DNA of 40,860 nt, taken from contig CBFDDQ010000001.1 of NCBI GenBank assembly GCA_965603615.1, positions 1-40,860 of the forward strand. Reading direction: 5' to 3'. The notes under the pieces were generated by a model that searched no databases, had not been told where the DNA came from, and saw only the letters and a list, made by a program, of their open reading frames with translations. This DNA is from Candidatus Woesearchaeota archaeon (lineage in GTDB: Archaea > Nanobdellota > Nanobdellia > SCGC-AAA011-G17 > JACPIM01). The translations under genes and the position numbers were made by a program. Shown here one piece after another: positions 1-8,052 of the stretch (positions are counted from its first letter, which is position 1; every line of letters starts with the position of its first letter).

Positions 1-125
1 TTTTATGGGTTTTATAAGCAACATTATTGATGGGATTAAATGCAAAAAGAGACCCATTAAGTGCAAATTAGAGGAAATAGAAGAAAATTTAAATAAAATA
101 GAAAAAGATTTATTTAAGATATAAA

Positions 126-869
126 ATGAATAAAAAAGGTCAATTATGGATAAGTGTGTTGATTGCTATGGTTATTGTAATAGTTGCCTTAATATCTTTT
201 AATATTGATGATTTAACAGGTAAGGCAACTAAAAATGTTATTAAAGAACAAGTATCTATCCAAAAGGAAGATATAACAGAAGCAAAAAAGCCTATTGAAA
301 TTAAATGTTATAATGAATGTATTTCAGATGATTGTATTGGACGTTCTTTTGTTGAATGTCAAACAGACTCAGAAGGTTGTAAGAAAAAAGTATATAGAGA
401 AAGAGTTGTTGGTGAGTGTGGTATAGAATGTTCAGAAGATTCAGATTGTGCCTCTACAGAAGAGTGTTATTATGACCAAACTTGTAAACGAAAAGATTGT
501 GGCTATGCTAAAAAGTTAGAAGGAACAAAATGTGTTGACTGTGGAAGTAAAAATGAACAATGTTGTGATAATAATGAATGTTCTTATGGGCATGTTTGTT
601 CAGATGGACTTTGTGAACATTGTGGATTTTATGATGAAAAATGTTGTGAATCAGGTGATTGTTCTTTTGGTTCTTGTGTTGAGGGTATTTGTATAAATGA
701 AGAAGATGCTGGTGAATGGATTTGTTCTTTTAATGCATATAATTGTGCTAATTTTGAGTCATGGAAACAAGCACTGGAAGTATGGAAATACTGTAATGAA
801 AAAGTTGGTTATGATGTTCATTATTTAGATGGAGATAATGATGGAGAACCTTGTGAGGCTTTAATGTGA
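126..869 (+). CDS. Secreted/anchored cysteine-rich protein with C-terminal Excalibur-like calcium-binding motif
   Basis: 247-aa ORF. N-terminal hydrophobic segment LWISVLIAMVIVIVALISF. Many Cys in repeated EC-x2-D-x-DC / C-x3-5-C spacing. C-terminal DGDNDGEPCE fits the Excalibur DxDxDGxxCE signature. Confidence 0.7.
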   Translation: MNKKGQLWISVLIAMVIVIVALISFNIDDLTGKATKNVIKEQVSIQKEDITEAKKPIEIKCYNECISDDCIGRSFVECQTDSEGCKKKVYRERVVGECGIECSEDSDCASTEECYYDQTCKRKDCGYAKKLEGTKCVDCGSKNEQCCDNNECSYGHVCSDGLCEHCGFYDEKCCESGDCSFGSCVEGICINEEDAGEWICSFNAYNCANFESWKQALEVWKYCNEKVGYDVHYLDGDNDGEPCEALM

Positions 870-1120
870 AAAAAGATTCAAAAGTTTTAATGTATTTGGC
901 TTATTATTCAATAATAGTTGTATTTTTATTTATGATTTGGTTTACAACTAGTCAATCTGGAATTCCAATGAATATGCTTTATCTTAAATATGGTTCTGCA
1001 GAAGTTAATCTTGAAGGAAGTACTGATTTTATTTTACAATCCCTTTCTCTATTAATATTGGGAGGCATTATATTTGGAATAATTTATTTATTTATATTAA
1101 AAGAAAAAAAGAAAAAATGA
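866..1120 (+). CDS. Small membrane protein (two predicted TM segments)
   Basis: 84-aa ORF overlapping the upstream stop by 4 nt. Two hydrophobic stretches (YSIIVVFLFMIWF, LSLLILGGIIFGIIYLFIL) and a basic tail. No family recognised. Confidence 0.5.
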   Translation: MKKDSKVLMYLAYYSIIVVFLFMIWFTTSQSGIPMNMLYLKYGSAEVNLEGSTDFILQSLSLLILGGIIFGIIYLFILKEKKKK

Positions 1121-1212
1121 CACTTGAATTATATGGGTTAGGGATAATTTTAGTATTTCTTTGGATAACTCAGGATTGGTATAGGAGGCAAGTTAGATAA
1201 AAATTTATAAAA

Positions 1213-1614
1213 ATGAAAAGAAGAAAGAAAAAATGTATGAAATGTAGAAAAAAGTATGTAAGTAATCCAACCCATGATTATTGTTTTAGTTGTTATAGTA
1301 AACAAAGAGAAGAAGATGAAGACACACATCCAGAAGACCATTTTGAAAATAACTTAGATACAAATTTAATTCACACAGTTTATATTATGATTTATGGTAA
1401 TAAAAATAAAATAGGTTATACTGGAGATTTACATTCAAGAATATTTGAATTAAAAAGAAAATATCCCAATAATAAATTAGTTTATTTCAGAGAATTTATG
1501 ACAGAAACTCAAGCTAGAGATTTTGAAGTATGGTTAAAGAAAATTTCTAAAAGGGAACTTAATAAATTTATTACTAATTTTATGACTAAAATAAATAAAT
1601 TAGAAGCTATTTAA
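1213..1614 (+). CDS. GIY-YIG family nuclease domain protein with N-terminal zinc ribbon
   Basis: 133 aa. CMKCRKK...CFSCY forms a Cys4 ribbon. VYIMIYGNKNKIGYTGDLHSRIFELKR followed by conserved acidic residues matches the GIY-(x10)-YIG-R core. Confidence 0.7.
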   Translation: MKRRKKKCMKCRKKYVSNPTHDYCFSCYSKQREEDEDTHPEDHFENNLDTNLIHTVYIMIYGNKNKIGYTGDLHSRIFELKRKYPNNKLVYFREFMTETQARDFEVWLKKISKRELNKFITNFMTKINKLEAI

Positions 1615-1615
1615 A

Positions 1616-1762
1616 ATGAAACTACAACAAATGTCTAAAGGTGGGAAGAGTATCTTTATAACTTTACCAAAACAAATAATAAAAGGTTTTGGTTGGATAA
1701 AAGGAGATAAAATTAAACATAAGATAACTGGAGAAGGAAAAATAGAGTTAAGTAAAGAATAA
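1616..1762 (+). CDS. SpoVT/AbrB-like small DNA-binding protein (antitoxin-sized)
   Basis: 48-aa ORF below the ORF-track cutoff, with its ATG 2 nt after the GIY-YIG stop. My translation is MKLQQMSKGGKSIFITLPKQIIKGFGWIKGDKIKHKITGEGKIELSKE. The ITLPKQI..GW.KGDKI pattern is typical of AbrB/MazE swapped-hairpin domains. Confidence 0.55.
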   Translation: MKLQQMSKGGKSIFITLPKQIIKGFGWIKGDKIKHKITGEGKIELSKE

Positions 1763-1810
1763 AAATAGTTGAATTATAATATTTTTAAATAACGTTTAAA
1801 TATCCTTTAT

Positions 1811-2425
1811 TTAATTTTTAAAAGATTTGGAAGTTCTAAAATTAATCCAATTGTATTCATCAAGTAACTTTGGTAGTGTTTTATTTGTCTCTTTAATAAT
1901 ATCATCCTTCCTATGTTTTTTTAAGATATTTAGTATTTCTTCTTGCATTAATCTCATAAAATTAATATAACCAGTAGAATTTGGATAACAACCATAATGT
2001 TCAGAAATTCCATTGTCCCACATAACAAACAAATTTGGATTTATACCATGTATTAATTTTGATGTTCCTACTCCTCCAAATGAAGTTGTCTTTTTTGGAC
2101 TTTCCAATTTAATATCACAAAGTTTATCAAATATTTTTTTAACTAATCTTATATTTTTTTGATTAAATTTAAAGTTTTCAATATTATAATTTTTTAGAGC
2201 TATAAATTCATCTTTTAAAGTTAATACTACCTCTTTTATTTTATCTTTATTTTTACCTATAGGTACTCTTGTATTCCATCTTCTAACAAAATCTATTATA
2301 GAATCTATCTCCTCAAAAGAATCTTTAATAGGTAAAATTAATTCTTTATAGGCTTCATCATATTCAAAGGTCTTTGATTTATGTGTGTCTATTAAAGATT
2401 TATATGTTATATTAAATTCACTCAT
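1811..2425 (-). CDS. Hypothetical protein, last gene of the RM-associated cassette
   Basis: 204-aa ORF. Its start overlaps the stop of the upstream nuclease gene by 4 nt. There is a conserved-looking core GVGTSKLIHGINPNLFVMWDN. No family confidently recognised. Confidence 0.65.
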   Translation of the reverse strand: MSEFNITYKSLIDTHKSKTFEYDEAYKELILPIKDSFEEIDSIIDFVRRWNTRVPIGKNKDKIKEVVLTLKDEFIALKNYNIENFKFNQKNIRLVKKIFDKLCDIKLESPKKTTSFGGVGTSKLIHGINPNLFVMWDNGISEHYGCYPNSTGYINFMRLMQEEILNILKKHRKDDIIKETNKTLPKLLDEYNWINFRTSKSFKN

Positions 2426-2931
2426 TTTTCTCCAACCTTCTCATTTAAAAAACTAGAAGTATCATTTAACTCTAATCCCAACAAATCCCATTTTTCTAAA
2501 AATTCTTTATATTCATCAGAAAATTTTCTCATCTTAGATACAGGTTCAAATCCTTTTATTCTTAACCTGTCTTTATAGGCATTATGAGTGGTTCTAGTGT
2601 GTAAGGCGACTTTATTACTTGGGACTATATAAAAATCTGGTCTTTCCTTACCTTCTTTTAATAAAACAAATACATAAAATAAGGTATCACTTTCATAATT
2701 ATCTGCTTTTTCTCCTAATATCCAACGAGGATACTTTTTTCTTGGATACATAGTTGTTTTTACTTGAATACCCACAGAATTAGATGCATCAGAATTTGAA
2801 GCTAATATATCAATTCCCTTAGTATTCTTTAATGTAATAGAAGCAATATAGCCTCTTTTACTTAATTCGCCAGCAACAAAATACTCTCCTGCTACTCCTC
2901 TAAGGATTTTACTTGGCTTATTTTTTATCAT
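2422..2931 (-). CDS. PD-(D/E)xK superfamily nuclease-like protein (DUF4365/Hjc-like layout)
   Basis: 169 aa. GVAGEYFVAGELSKRGY ... KGIDILA ... VGIQVKTT gives the GE / D / (E/Q)-x-K arrangement of PD-(D/E)xK nucleases. Confidence 0.6.
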   Translation of the reverse strand: MIKNKPSKILRGVAGEYFVAGELSKRGYIASITLKNTKGIDILASNSDASNSVGIQVKTTMYPRKKYPRWILGEKADNYESDTLFYVFVLLKEGKERPDFYIVPSNKVALHTRTTHNAYKDRLRIKGFEPVSKMRKFSDEYKEFLEKWDLLGLELNDTSSFLNEKVGEK

Positions 2932-2967
2932 TTCTTAATCTCTAATCTAAATTGTATTGAGTTCATT

Positions 2968-5325
2968 TTAATTTTTTAATGATTTTGAATAAGGTAAAGA
3001 TTTAATATATTTTTCAATAAAATCCCAATCAGGTTCATCTCTATCATTTACAGGTAATTTAATATATGTTTTCTTTAATCTATCCTTATCTAAAACCCTC
3101 CCATAAGAATATCTTATTTTTTCTAATCTTAATAACGTTACTAAGAACAATCCTGTATACACATTAAAGGGGGTAATATCTTTTGGTAATAAGGCTTTAA
3201 CTCTTGTAAAAATTGCTCCTAATTCAGATTGATAAAATGCATGACCACCAGCCCCTATTGACACCAAAGATATAAAACTTTTAAACTTTTTCTCTCCATT
3301 AAATAATATTTTTTCTTTAATACCATTATTTGTAGTAAGGTTTTCTATTGAATTTACTAATATTCCTTCTTGGTGTTTCAAGTCTGTTTCTTTTGGTTTA
3401 TCCCCTCCAGAATAAACTTCAAATAATTTATCTATCTCAAAATCCTTCCAATTTTCAATATTTAAATTAGGTATAATTTCTTTTGATGAAGAATTTTTAG
3501 AAACCTCTTCAGAAAGATTATTTAAAAAAAGATGCCCACTATACTCTTTTAAAACCTCTATAAAAAAATCTTTGTTAAGTATTTTATAGTCTGGTTGCAT
3601 ATATGCTTCTATACACCACTCATCTTTTTCACTTACTAACTTAGTTAATGAATAAGGGGTAATTTTATTATTTTTAAAATTATATAACCATTCTTTTTTA
3701 ATACCTTTCCATTTATGAAAATAATCGCATCTTCCTAAAGACCTATTTTTAACAAATCCATCTTCTTTCCAATATCCAAAAAAAGTTTCTTTATCTTTAG
3801 GATGGGGTTTATGAGCTCTAAATACAACAACAGCAGTAACTGTCCCAACATCAGAATTCACAAATAAACTATTTGGCATTGAGAATACAGCCTCTAGTGT
3901 ATGGTCTTTTAATAATCTTTTTTTTAGCTCATAAACTTTACCCTTTTGGGCTATTACTCCACTCATTGGAACAATTGCTAAGCATAAACCATTTGGTTCT
4001 ATCATATCAAGATTATTTAATACATATTCAAATTCCTCTGTGTCACTCTTTTTATCTGACTTATAAGGAGGATTTAAAAAACCTATATTTGGTTTATATT
4101 TATTTTTAATTTTTTTTATTAATTTTTTATCAAAACAATCTCCTTTAAAGATACCACTCTTACCATCTCCATGAATAAACATATTAGAACAAACAAGAGC
4201 AAATATATCATTTTGGTATTCAATTCCTACAATTTGATTTTGTTTAATATTTTTGATTTTTTTCTCATTATCTTTTGAATCTTCAATCATCTTTTTTAAA
4301 GCACTTATTAAAAATCCACCAGTTCCACAACAATTATCAAAAACTATAGAATTTTTATTAACTTGAGCTATATCTGCAAAAAGTTCTGTAATGTGTGGAG
4401 GTGTTAAAACTATCCCAAGACCTTTATCCGAATTAGCATACCTTAAGAACTCTATATAAAATTGTCCTAATACATCATAATATTTATAAGTTCTCATAAA
4501 TTTATTAATATTTTTATCAATATCTCTAATTATATCTTTTAATTTGTTTATATCTTTACTAAAAGCTTCGTGGTCTTGAATAAACGAATAAGCCCTTTTT
4601 AATCCTTCAACCTTAGTTTGTTGCAAACCTTTTTTTAGTTCACTATAAATTGTATTGACTAGATACTTTGTTAATTCTTGGGGTTCCTTATATTTTTCAT
4701 AAGAAATTTTGAAATGTTCCTTTTTTAAGGCTAATAATATTCCTGATATTAACAAACTCCTATAGGATTCTTTTACTTTTAATTTATGTAATGTTGTATT
4801 AAGTTCCTTAGAATAAATCATTAAATCACTAAAATCTTGGTTAAATTTTATATCACTTGCTTTATAAGAATTAATATAGTTTTCTAATGGTAGTAATTGT
4901 TCTCCATCAAAATCATTTGCTAATGCACTATTCTTTGTTTGTAAAAAGTGAGAGACTTTTAATTCTTTTTTTGTTTCTCCACTAACAGCAATAGAAATCA
5001 CATCAAACTCCTTTGATAAATAAGATGAATATAACAAAGCACCATCAACTGCATATTCTGAATATTTATCTTTAGTTATACTTTCGTGCTTCTTTATATC
5101 TCCTTTACACTCTACAACAATTATTAAATTTGGTTCTTCTTTATAGGAGATTATAAATTCAGGATAACCTATACCATTTCCTCTTTTGGAGGCTATTTTT
5201 AATAACTTATTGATTCTTGGGTTTTTAGATTGTTGTTCTTCAATTATAACTTTATCTTTTTTTATAAAAGAATCTTTATAAAAATGTTTTCTAACAATAT
5301 TCTCCGTATTTCTTTCATTAACCAT
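2968..5325 (-). CDS. Fused restriction-modification-specificity enzyme (type IIG/IIC-like): N-terminal nuclease, N6-adenine DNA methyltransferase and HsdS-type TRD
   Basis: 785 aa. The N-terminus GYPEFII...LIIVVECKG is PD-ExK-like (HsdR N-terminal type). The HsdM-like MTase has motif I VFDNCCGTGGFL and motif IV FLNPPYK. The C-terminal ~180 aa resembles one HsdS target-recognition domain (WKDFEIDKLFEVYSGG, SIGAGGHAFYQ, YSYGRVL, IKLPV). Confidence 0.85.
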   Translation of the reverse strand: MVNERNTENIVRKHFYKDSFIKKDKVIIEEQQSKNPRINKLLKIASKRGNGIGYPEFIISYKEEPNLIIVVECKGDIKKHESITKDKYSEYAVDGALLYSSYLSKEFDVISIAVSGETKKELKVSHFLQTKNSALANDFDGEQLLPLENYINSYKASDIKFNQDFSDLMIYSKELNTTLHKLKVKESYRSLLISGILLALKKEHFKISYEKYKEPQELTKYLVNTIYSELKKGLQQTKVEGLKRAYSFIQDHEAFSKDINKLKDIIRDIDKNINKFMRTYKYYDVLGQFYIEFLRYANSDKGLGIVLTPPHITELFADIAQVNKNSIVFDNCCGTGGFLISALKKMIEDSKDNEKKIKNIKQNQIVGIEYQNDIFALVCSNMFIHGDGKSGIFKGDCFDKKLIKKIKNKYKPNIGFLNPPYKSDKKSDTEEFEYVLNNLDMIEPNGLCLAIVPMSGVIAQKGKVYELKKRLLKDHTLEAVFSMPNSLFVNSDVGTVTAVVVFRAHKPHPKDKETFFGYWKEDGFVKNRSLGRCDYFHKWKGIKKEWLYNFKNNKITPYSLTKLVSEKDEWCIEAYMQPDYKILNKDFFIEVLKEYSGHLFLNNLSEEVSKNSSSKEIIPNLNIENWKDFEIDKLFEVYSGGDKPKETDLKHQEGILVNSIENLTTNNGIKEKILFNGEKKFKSFISLVSIGAGGHAFYQSELGAIFTRVKALLPKDITPFNVYTGLFLVTLLRLEKIRYSYGRVLDKDRLKKTYIKLPVNDRDEPDWDFIEKYIKSLPYSKSLKN

Positions 5326-5328
5326 CTT

Positions 5329-5514
5329 TTATTTTTTCAAAAAGTATATTTTAGTCTTACCCATGAGTTTATGACCAATTTTACCTAACTTATGTAAAGC
5401 ATCTAAATAACCAGAAGTGTAATCCTTACCCTTTCCAACTTCCTCCGCAATTTCTCTATGATTTAGAGGTTCACTTGATTGCTTTAGTAATTTAAGTATT
5501 TTCTCGTAAGGCAT
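5329..5514 (-). CDS. Small winged-helix DNA-binding protein, candidate controller of the RM cassette
   Basis: 61 aa. The stop lies 3 nt before the RM gene start. LNHREIAEEVGKGKDYTSGYLDALHKLGKI looks like an HTH followed by a wing. First gene of the operon, directly downstream of palindromic repeats. Confidence 0.6.
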   Translation of the reverse strand: MPYEKILKLLKQSSEPLNHREIAEEVGKGKDYTSGYLDALHKLGKIGHKLMGKTKIYFLKK

Positions 5515-5522
5515 TGTTATAC

Positions 5523-5571
5523 ATAACAGGTTATATAACCTATCTATATAAACCTTCTTATAACCTGTTAC
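5523..5571. promoter_or_regulatory. Operator-like palindromes upstream of the RM cassette (C-box-like)
   Basis: Perfect 12-bp palindrome ggttatataacc (5529..5540). An 11-bp inverted repeat taacaggttat (5524..5534) / ataacctgtta (5560..5570) flanks tatctatataaa. All of this lies in the 65-bp gap upstream of the wHTH gene. Confidence 0.45.
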
Positions 5572-5579
5572 ATATCAGG

Positions 5580-5852
5580 CTAAGGATAATCCACACAACT
5601 TTCATCATGCCTATACTTAGTGCACCTTAAAACTCTTCTAATAGTTTTATACCAACCCTTAACAAAACCATATTTCTTTAATGCTAAAATACCATACTCA
5701 GAACAATGTGGATGAAAACCACAAATAATTTTATTTTTTCTATTTAATAAAGGTTTAATCTTTTTTCTATAAATCTTTTTAATAAGCCATATAGAAAATC
5801 TTTGAAAAATATTAAGTCTCCTTTTTGTAGTAGAGTTTTTGCTTTTTGACAT
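5580..5852 (-). CDS. yidD: YidD-like protein (membrane protein insertion efficiency factor family)
   Basis: 90 aa. CGFHPHCSEYGILALKKYGFVKGWYKTIRRVLRC...DYP matches the YidD signature C-x-F-x-P-x-CS-x-Y ... G ... R-x-x-RC ... D-P. Confidence 0.65.
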   Translation of the reverse strand: MSKSKNSTTKRRLNIFQRFSIWLIKKIYRKKIKPLLNRKNKIICGFHPHCSEYGILALKKYGFVKGWYKTIRRVLRCTKYRHDESCVDYP

Positions 5853-6120
5853 TTTTTGAATTACAATTAGGACATTGATTAAAATCTTTTTGCTTTTGCC
5901 TCAACCCACCTATCAAAATTCCAAATGGATTACAACAACATGCAGTGCTTTGTATTAAATCCTTGCCAAGCTCACCAGTATCTTGTGAAAATTTATCACT
6001 TGCTAAATAATGCCAAGTCTTACCACATTCATTACATTTACATTTCCATTCTTTAACATAACTTAGTTTTTCTTTCCAAATTAATTTCTTATATTGTTCT
6101 TCTGTTATGCTTTTTACCAT
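5812..6120 (-). CDS. Zinc-ribbon protein
   Basis: 102 aa. CKCNECGKTWHY ... CPNCNS are paired CxxC motifs, with a central Cys cluster ACCCNP. Overlaps the yidD-like start by 41 nt. Confidence 0.5.
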   Translation of the reverse strand: MVKSITEEQYKKLIWKEKLSYVKEWKCKCNECGKTWHYLASDKFSQDTGELGKDLIQSTACCCNPFGILIGGLRQKQKDFNQCPNCNSKNVKKQKLYYKKET

Positions 6121-6122
6121 TT

Positions 6123-6428
6123 TTATTCACTTATTTTATTTAATTCTGATTGTACAATTGCAGGTATAATTATTTGTAATATTATGTATAATAAAAACCA
6201 TAAAATAGTATTATTATCTTTTTTTACTTTTGTAGCAAATCCTTCACAATATTTATAGACCCAATAAATATTAGCAAAAGGAATAATTAATAAAAAACCT
6301 GTTGGTATATCTGCTCCAAGACTATTCATTTCGTCTTTTGTTGCAATTAACCAATATATAAAATAAAGTCCAAATGTAATAATACTAAAAAAATAAACTA
6401 AAACTATACTTCTTTTCTTGATATTCAT
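6123..6428 (-). CDS. DUF4234-like small membrane protein
   Basis: 101 aa. RSIVLVYFFSIITFGLYFIYWLIATKDEMN is the characteristic DUF4234 N-terminal TM plus YWxxK motif. There are further TM segments. Confidence 0.6.
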   Translation of the reverse strand: MNIKKRSIVLVYFFSIITFGLYFIYWLIATKDEMNSLGADIPTGFLLIIPFANIYWVYKYCEGFATKVKKDNNTILWFLLYIILQIIIPAIVQSELNKISE

Positions 6429-6431
6429 TTT

Positions 6432-6983
6432 TTACCTCCCTAAATTTATATAAATTATTTTCTTATCAAAAAATCCTTTACTAAATTTTAATCTTAATCC
6501 ACTAGAATCTTTTGGTAAATCAAAAATATAATTTCCTGTTTTTTCCATGTTAGGATGTAACTGTTCCCAAAATAAAGATTCTCCACGCCATCTAGCATCT
6601 TTATCTACATTAAAATGTCTTCCAAGACTATCAATAATTTCAATATCAGGTGGAGAAAAATATTCTTTTGTTTCTTTCCCAATATTTTCTACAGTTATTT
6701 CAACAACATAAAAAACACCTTGTGGTTCTGTTATCCACCAATCTCCTAATTCAGTAGTTTTATCTATATTATTTACTCTGTAAGCAATATTATCAATAAT
6801 AAAAGTCTCACCAATATTATAGGTTTTTGTAATATCAGATTTTATAGTTTTACTTTTGGTTTTTATGCTTCCATTATTAACCATAAAGATATTTCCAATT
6901 ACAAAAAAAACTATTAAAAGAACTAAAAAAATTGAGAGTATTTTATGTTCTTGTGCCCATTCCTGAAAGTCTTCTAAAGTCAT
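6432..6983 (-). CDS. DUF4352-like membrane-anchored extracellular Ig-like domain protein
   Basis: 183 aa. N-terminal TM ILSIFLVLLIVFFVIGNIF. The core YVVEITVENIGKETKEY...IEIIDSLGRHF is typical of DUF4352. Confidence 0.65.
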   Translation of the reverse strand: MTLEDFQEWAQEHKILSIFLVLLIVFFVIGNIFMVNNGSIKTKSKTIKSDITKTYNIGETFIIDNIAYRVNNIDKTTELGDWWITEPQGVFYVVEITVENIGKETKEYFSPPDIEIIDSLGRHFNVDKDARWRGESLFWEQLHPNMEKTGNYIFDLPKDSSGLRLKFSKGFFDKKIIYINLGR

Positions 6984-7055
6984 TTTTCTTTCAATATATG
7001 ATATTTAGTTGATACTTTTGTCACTACGCTCTTTAGTTAATAAATCTTTCCATAA

Positions 7056-7334
7056 ATGGTTGATACAATGGCTATAAAATGGGATTTGGCAGGTTGGATT
7101 ATTAGAAGTAAAAATAGACCAGAAGTTCTAAAACAATTAGTTATACCTCAAAATCCAAGTAGGGTAGCTAAGAAACTTAAAATGAGTTTAACCCATGCTA
7201 GTAAAACAATAAGAGAACTAAATTCTAAAAAACTAATCACTTGTCTAACTGAAAAGAATAAAGTAGGCAGGATATATCAAATTACAAAACAAGGAAAAGT
7301 GATTTTAGAATATCTTAAAAAGATTGAGAATTAA
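7056..7334 (+). CDS. Winged-helix transcriptional regulator (ArsR/MarR-like)
   Basis: 92 aa. NPSRVAKKLKMSLTHASKTIRELNSKKLITC...GRIYQITKQG is an HTH plus wing. Divergent from the DUF4352 cluster. Confidence 0.65.
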   Translation: MVDTMAIKWDLAGWIIRSKNRPEVLKQLVIPQNPSRVAKKLKMSLTHASKTIRELNSKKLITCLTEKNKVGRIYQITKQGKVILEYLKKIEN

Positions 7335-7725
7335 CTTCTTTTTTCTTTTTTTTAATTAAAATATAAAATACAATTAAGATTATTAACCAAGGAACACTTT
7401 CTATTAAATTAATGATTATATCAGTCAACTCTACTGTTGCCTCAATAATATCATAAAAAATTGATTCTATTATCATTAAAACTCTAAATAAACCATAAAA
7501 AATTCCCATAGATACAACAGAAGCAAAAGCAACACTAGCACCAATATTAAATAATTCACAAATGACATGGTCTGATTTTAAAAATTTAAAAAAGAATTTT
7601 TTATGGAATACCAACCAAGTGGCTAATATACAAACCATCACAGAAATAAAAATAGGGAGCATTAAATCAAGATTAGAAAAAGCTTCCACTACTCTATAAC
7701 TATAAGTTTCATTTAAAGGATACAT
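7315..7725 (-). CDS. Multi-pass membrane protein
   Basis: 136 aa with about four hydrophobic segments. No family recognised. Confidence 0.5.
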   Translation of the reverse strand: MYPLNETYSYRVVEAFSNLDLMLPIFISVMVCILATWLVFHKKFFFKFLKSDHVICELFNIGASVAFASVVSMGIFYGLFRVLMIIESIFYDIIEATVELTDIIINLIESVPWLIILIVFYILIKKKKKEVNSQSF

Positions 7726-7909
7726 AAAATTTCAACTTTAATACTTATATAAATACTTTGCTAATAAAAAGTATCCAAATCTCAAAAATGCAATTTGTAG
7801 GGTAATATGTCACTATACATACTTTCAAAAATCAACTCGTGAAACCTGGATTTCCCTAACCAAATAGGAGTGGCGTTAGGTTTATATACCAATATGCATT
7901 ATACATATT

Positions 7910-8032
7910 ATGGTTAAATATATCAGAAAGACAATAACTATAAAACAAGAACAAGGCAAGTGGATAAAAAAGAAAATAATCAATTTATCTAGGTTTGTTC
8001 AAAAAGCAATAGAAAGAGCTATGAAAAAGTAA
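7910..8032 (+). CDS. Ribbon-helix-helix (CopG-like) small protein
   Basis: 40-aa ORF not in the track: MVKYIRKTITIKQEQGKWIKKKIINLSRFVQKAIERAMKK. The pattern is a beta-strand (ITIK), then helix, then the SRFVQKAIERA helix. Confidence 0.45.
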   Translation: MVKYIRKTITIKQEQGKWIKKKIINLSRFVQKAIERAMKK

Positions 8033-8052
8033 CCAGAGACCGAAGTCCCTGG
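8033..8052 (+). terminator. GC-rich hairpin immediately after the RHH stop codon
   Basis: ccagagac-cgaa-gtccctgg forms an 8-bp stem with one mismatch and a CGAA loop. It is conspicuously GC-rich in an AT-rich context. Confidence 0.3.

Noticed and set aside
2-124. Partial ORF at the left window edge (...FMGFISNIIDGIKCKKRPIKCKLEEIEENLNKIEKDLFKI).
   Set aside because: Only about 40 codons are visible, with no recognisable motif. I cannot tell a gene end from chance, so it is not listed as a feature.
3873-4109. Antisense or shadow ORFs inside larger genes. From the track these are 1150..1341, 3873..4109, 8428..8688, 12158..12352, 14093..14287, 15763..15948, 17760..17948, 18558..18749, 22645..22827, 23488..23751, 23773..24147, 27001..27240, 28768..28965, 30255..30515, 32565..32765, 32742..32930, 35160..35516, 35553..35741, 36625..36885, 38595..38813, 39066..39287, 39938..40339 and 40502..40699.
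   Set aside because: Each lies within or opposite a gene that has clear family motifs. Their products are low-complexity (F/I/L/S-rich), as expected for the antisense strand of AT-rich coding DNA. None has a recognisable motif or a ribosome-binding site.
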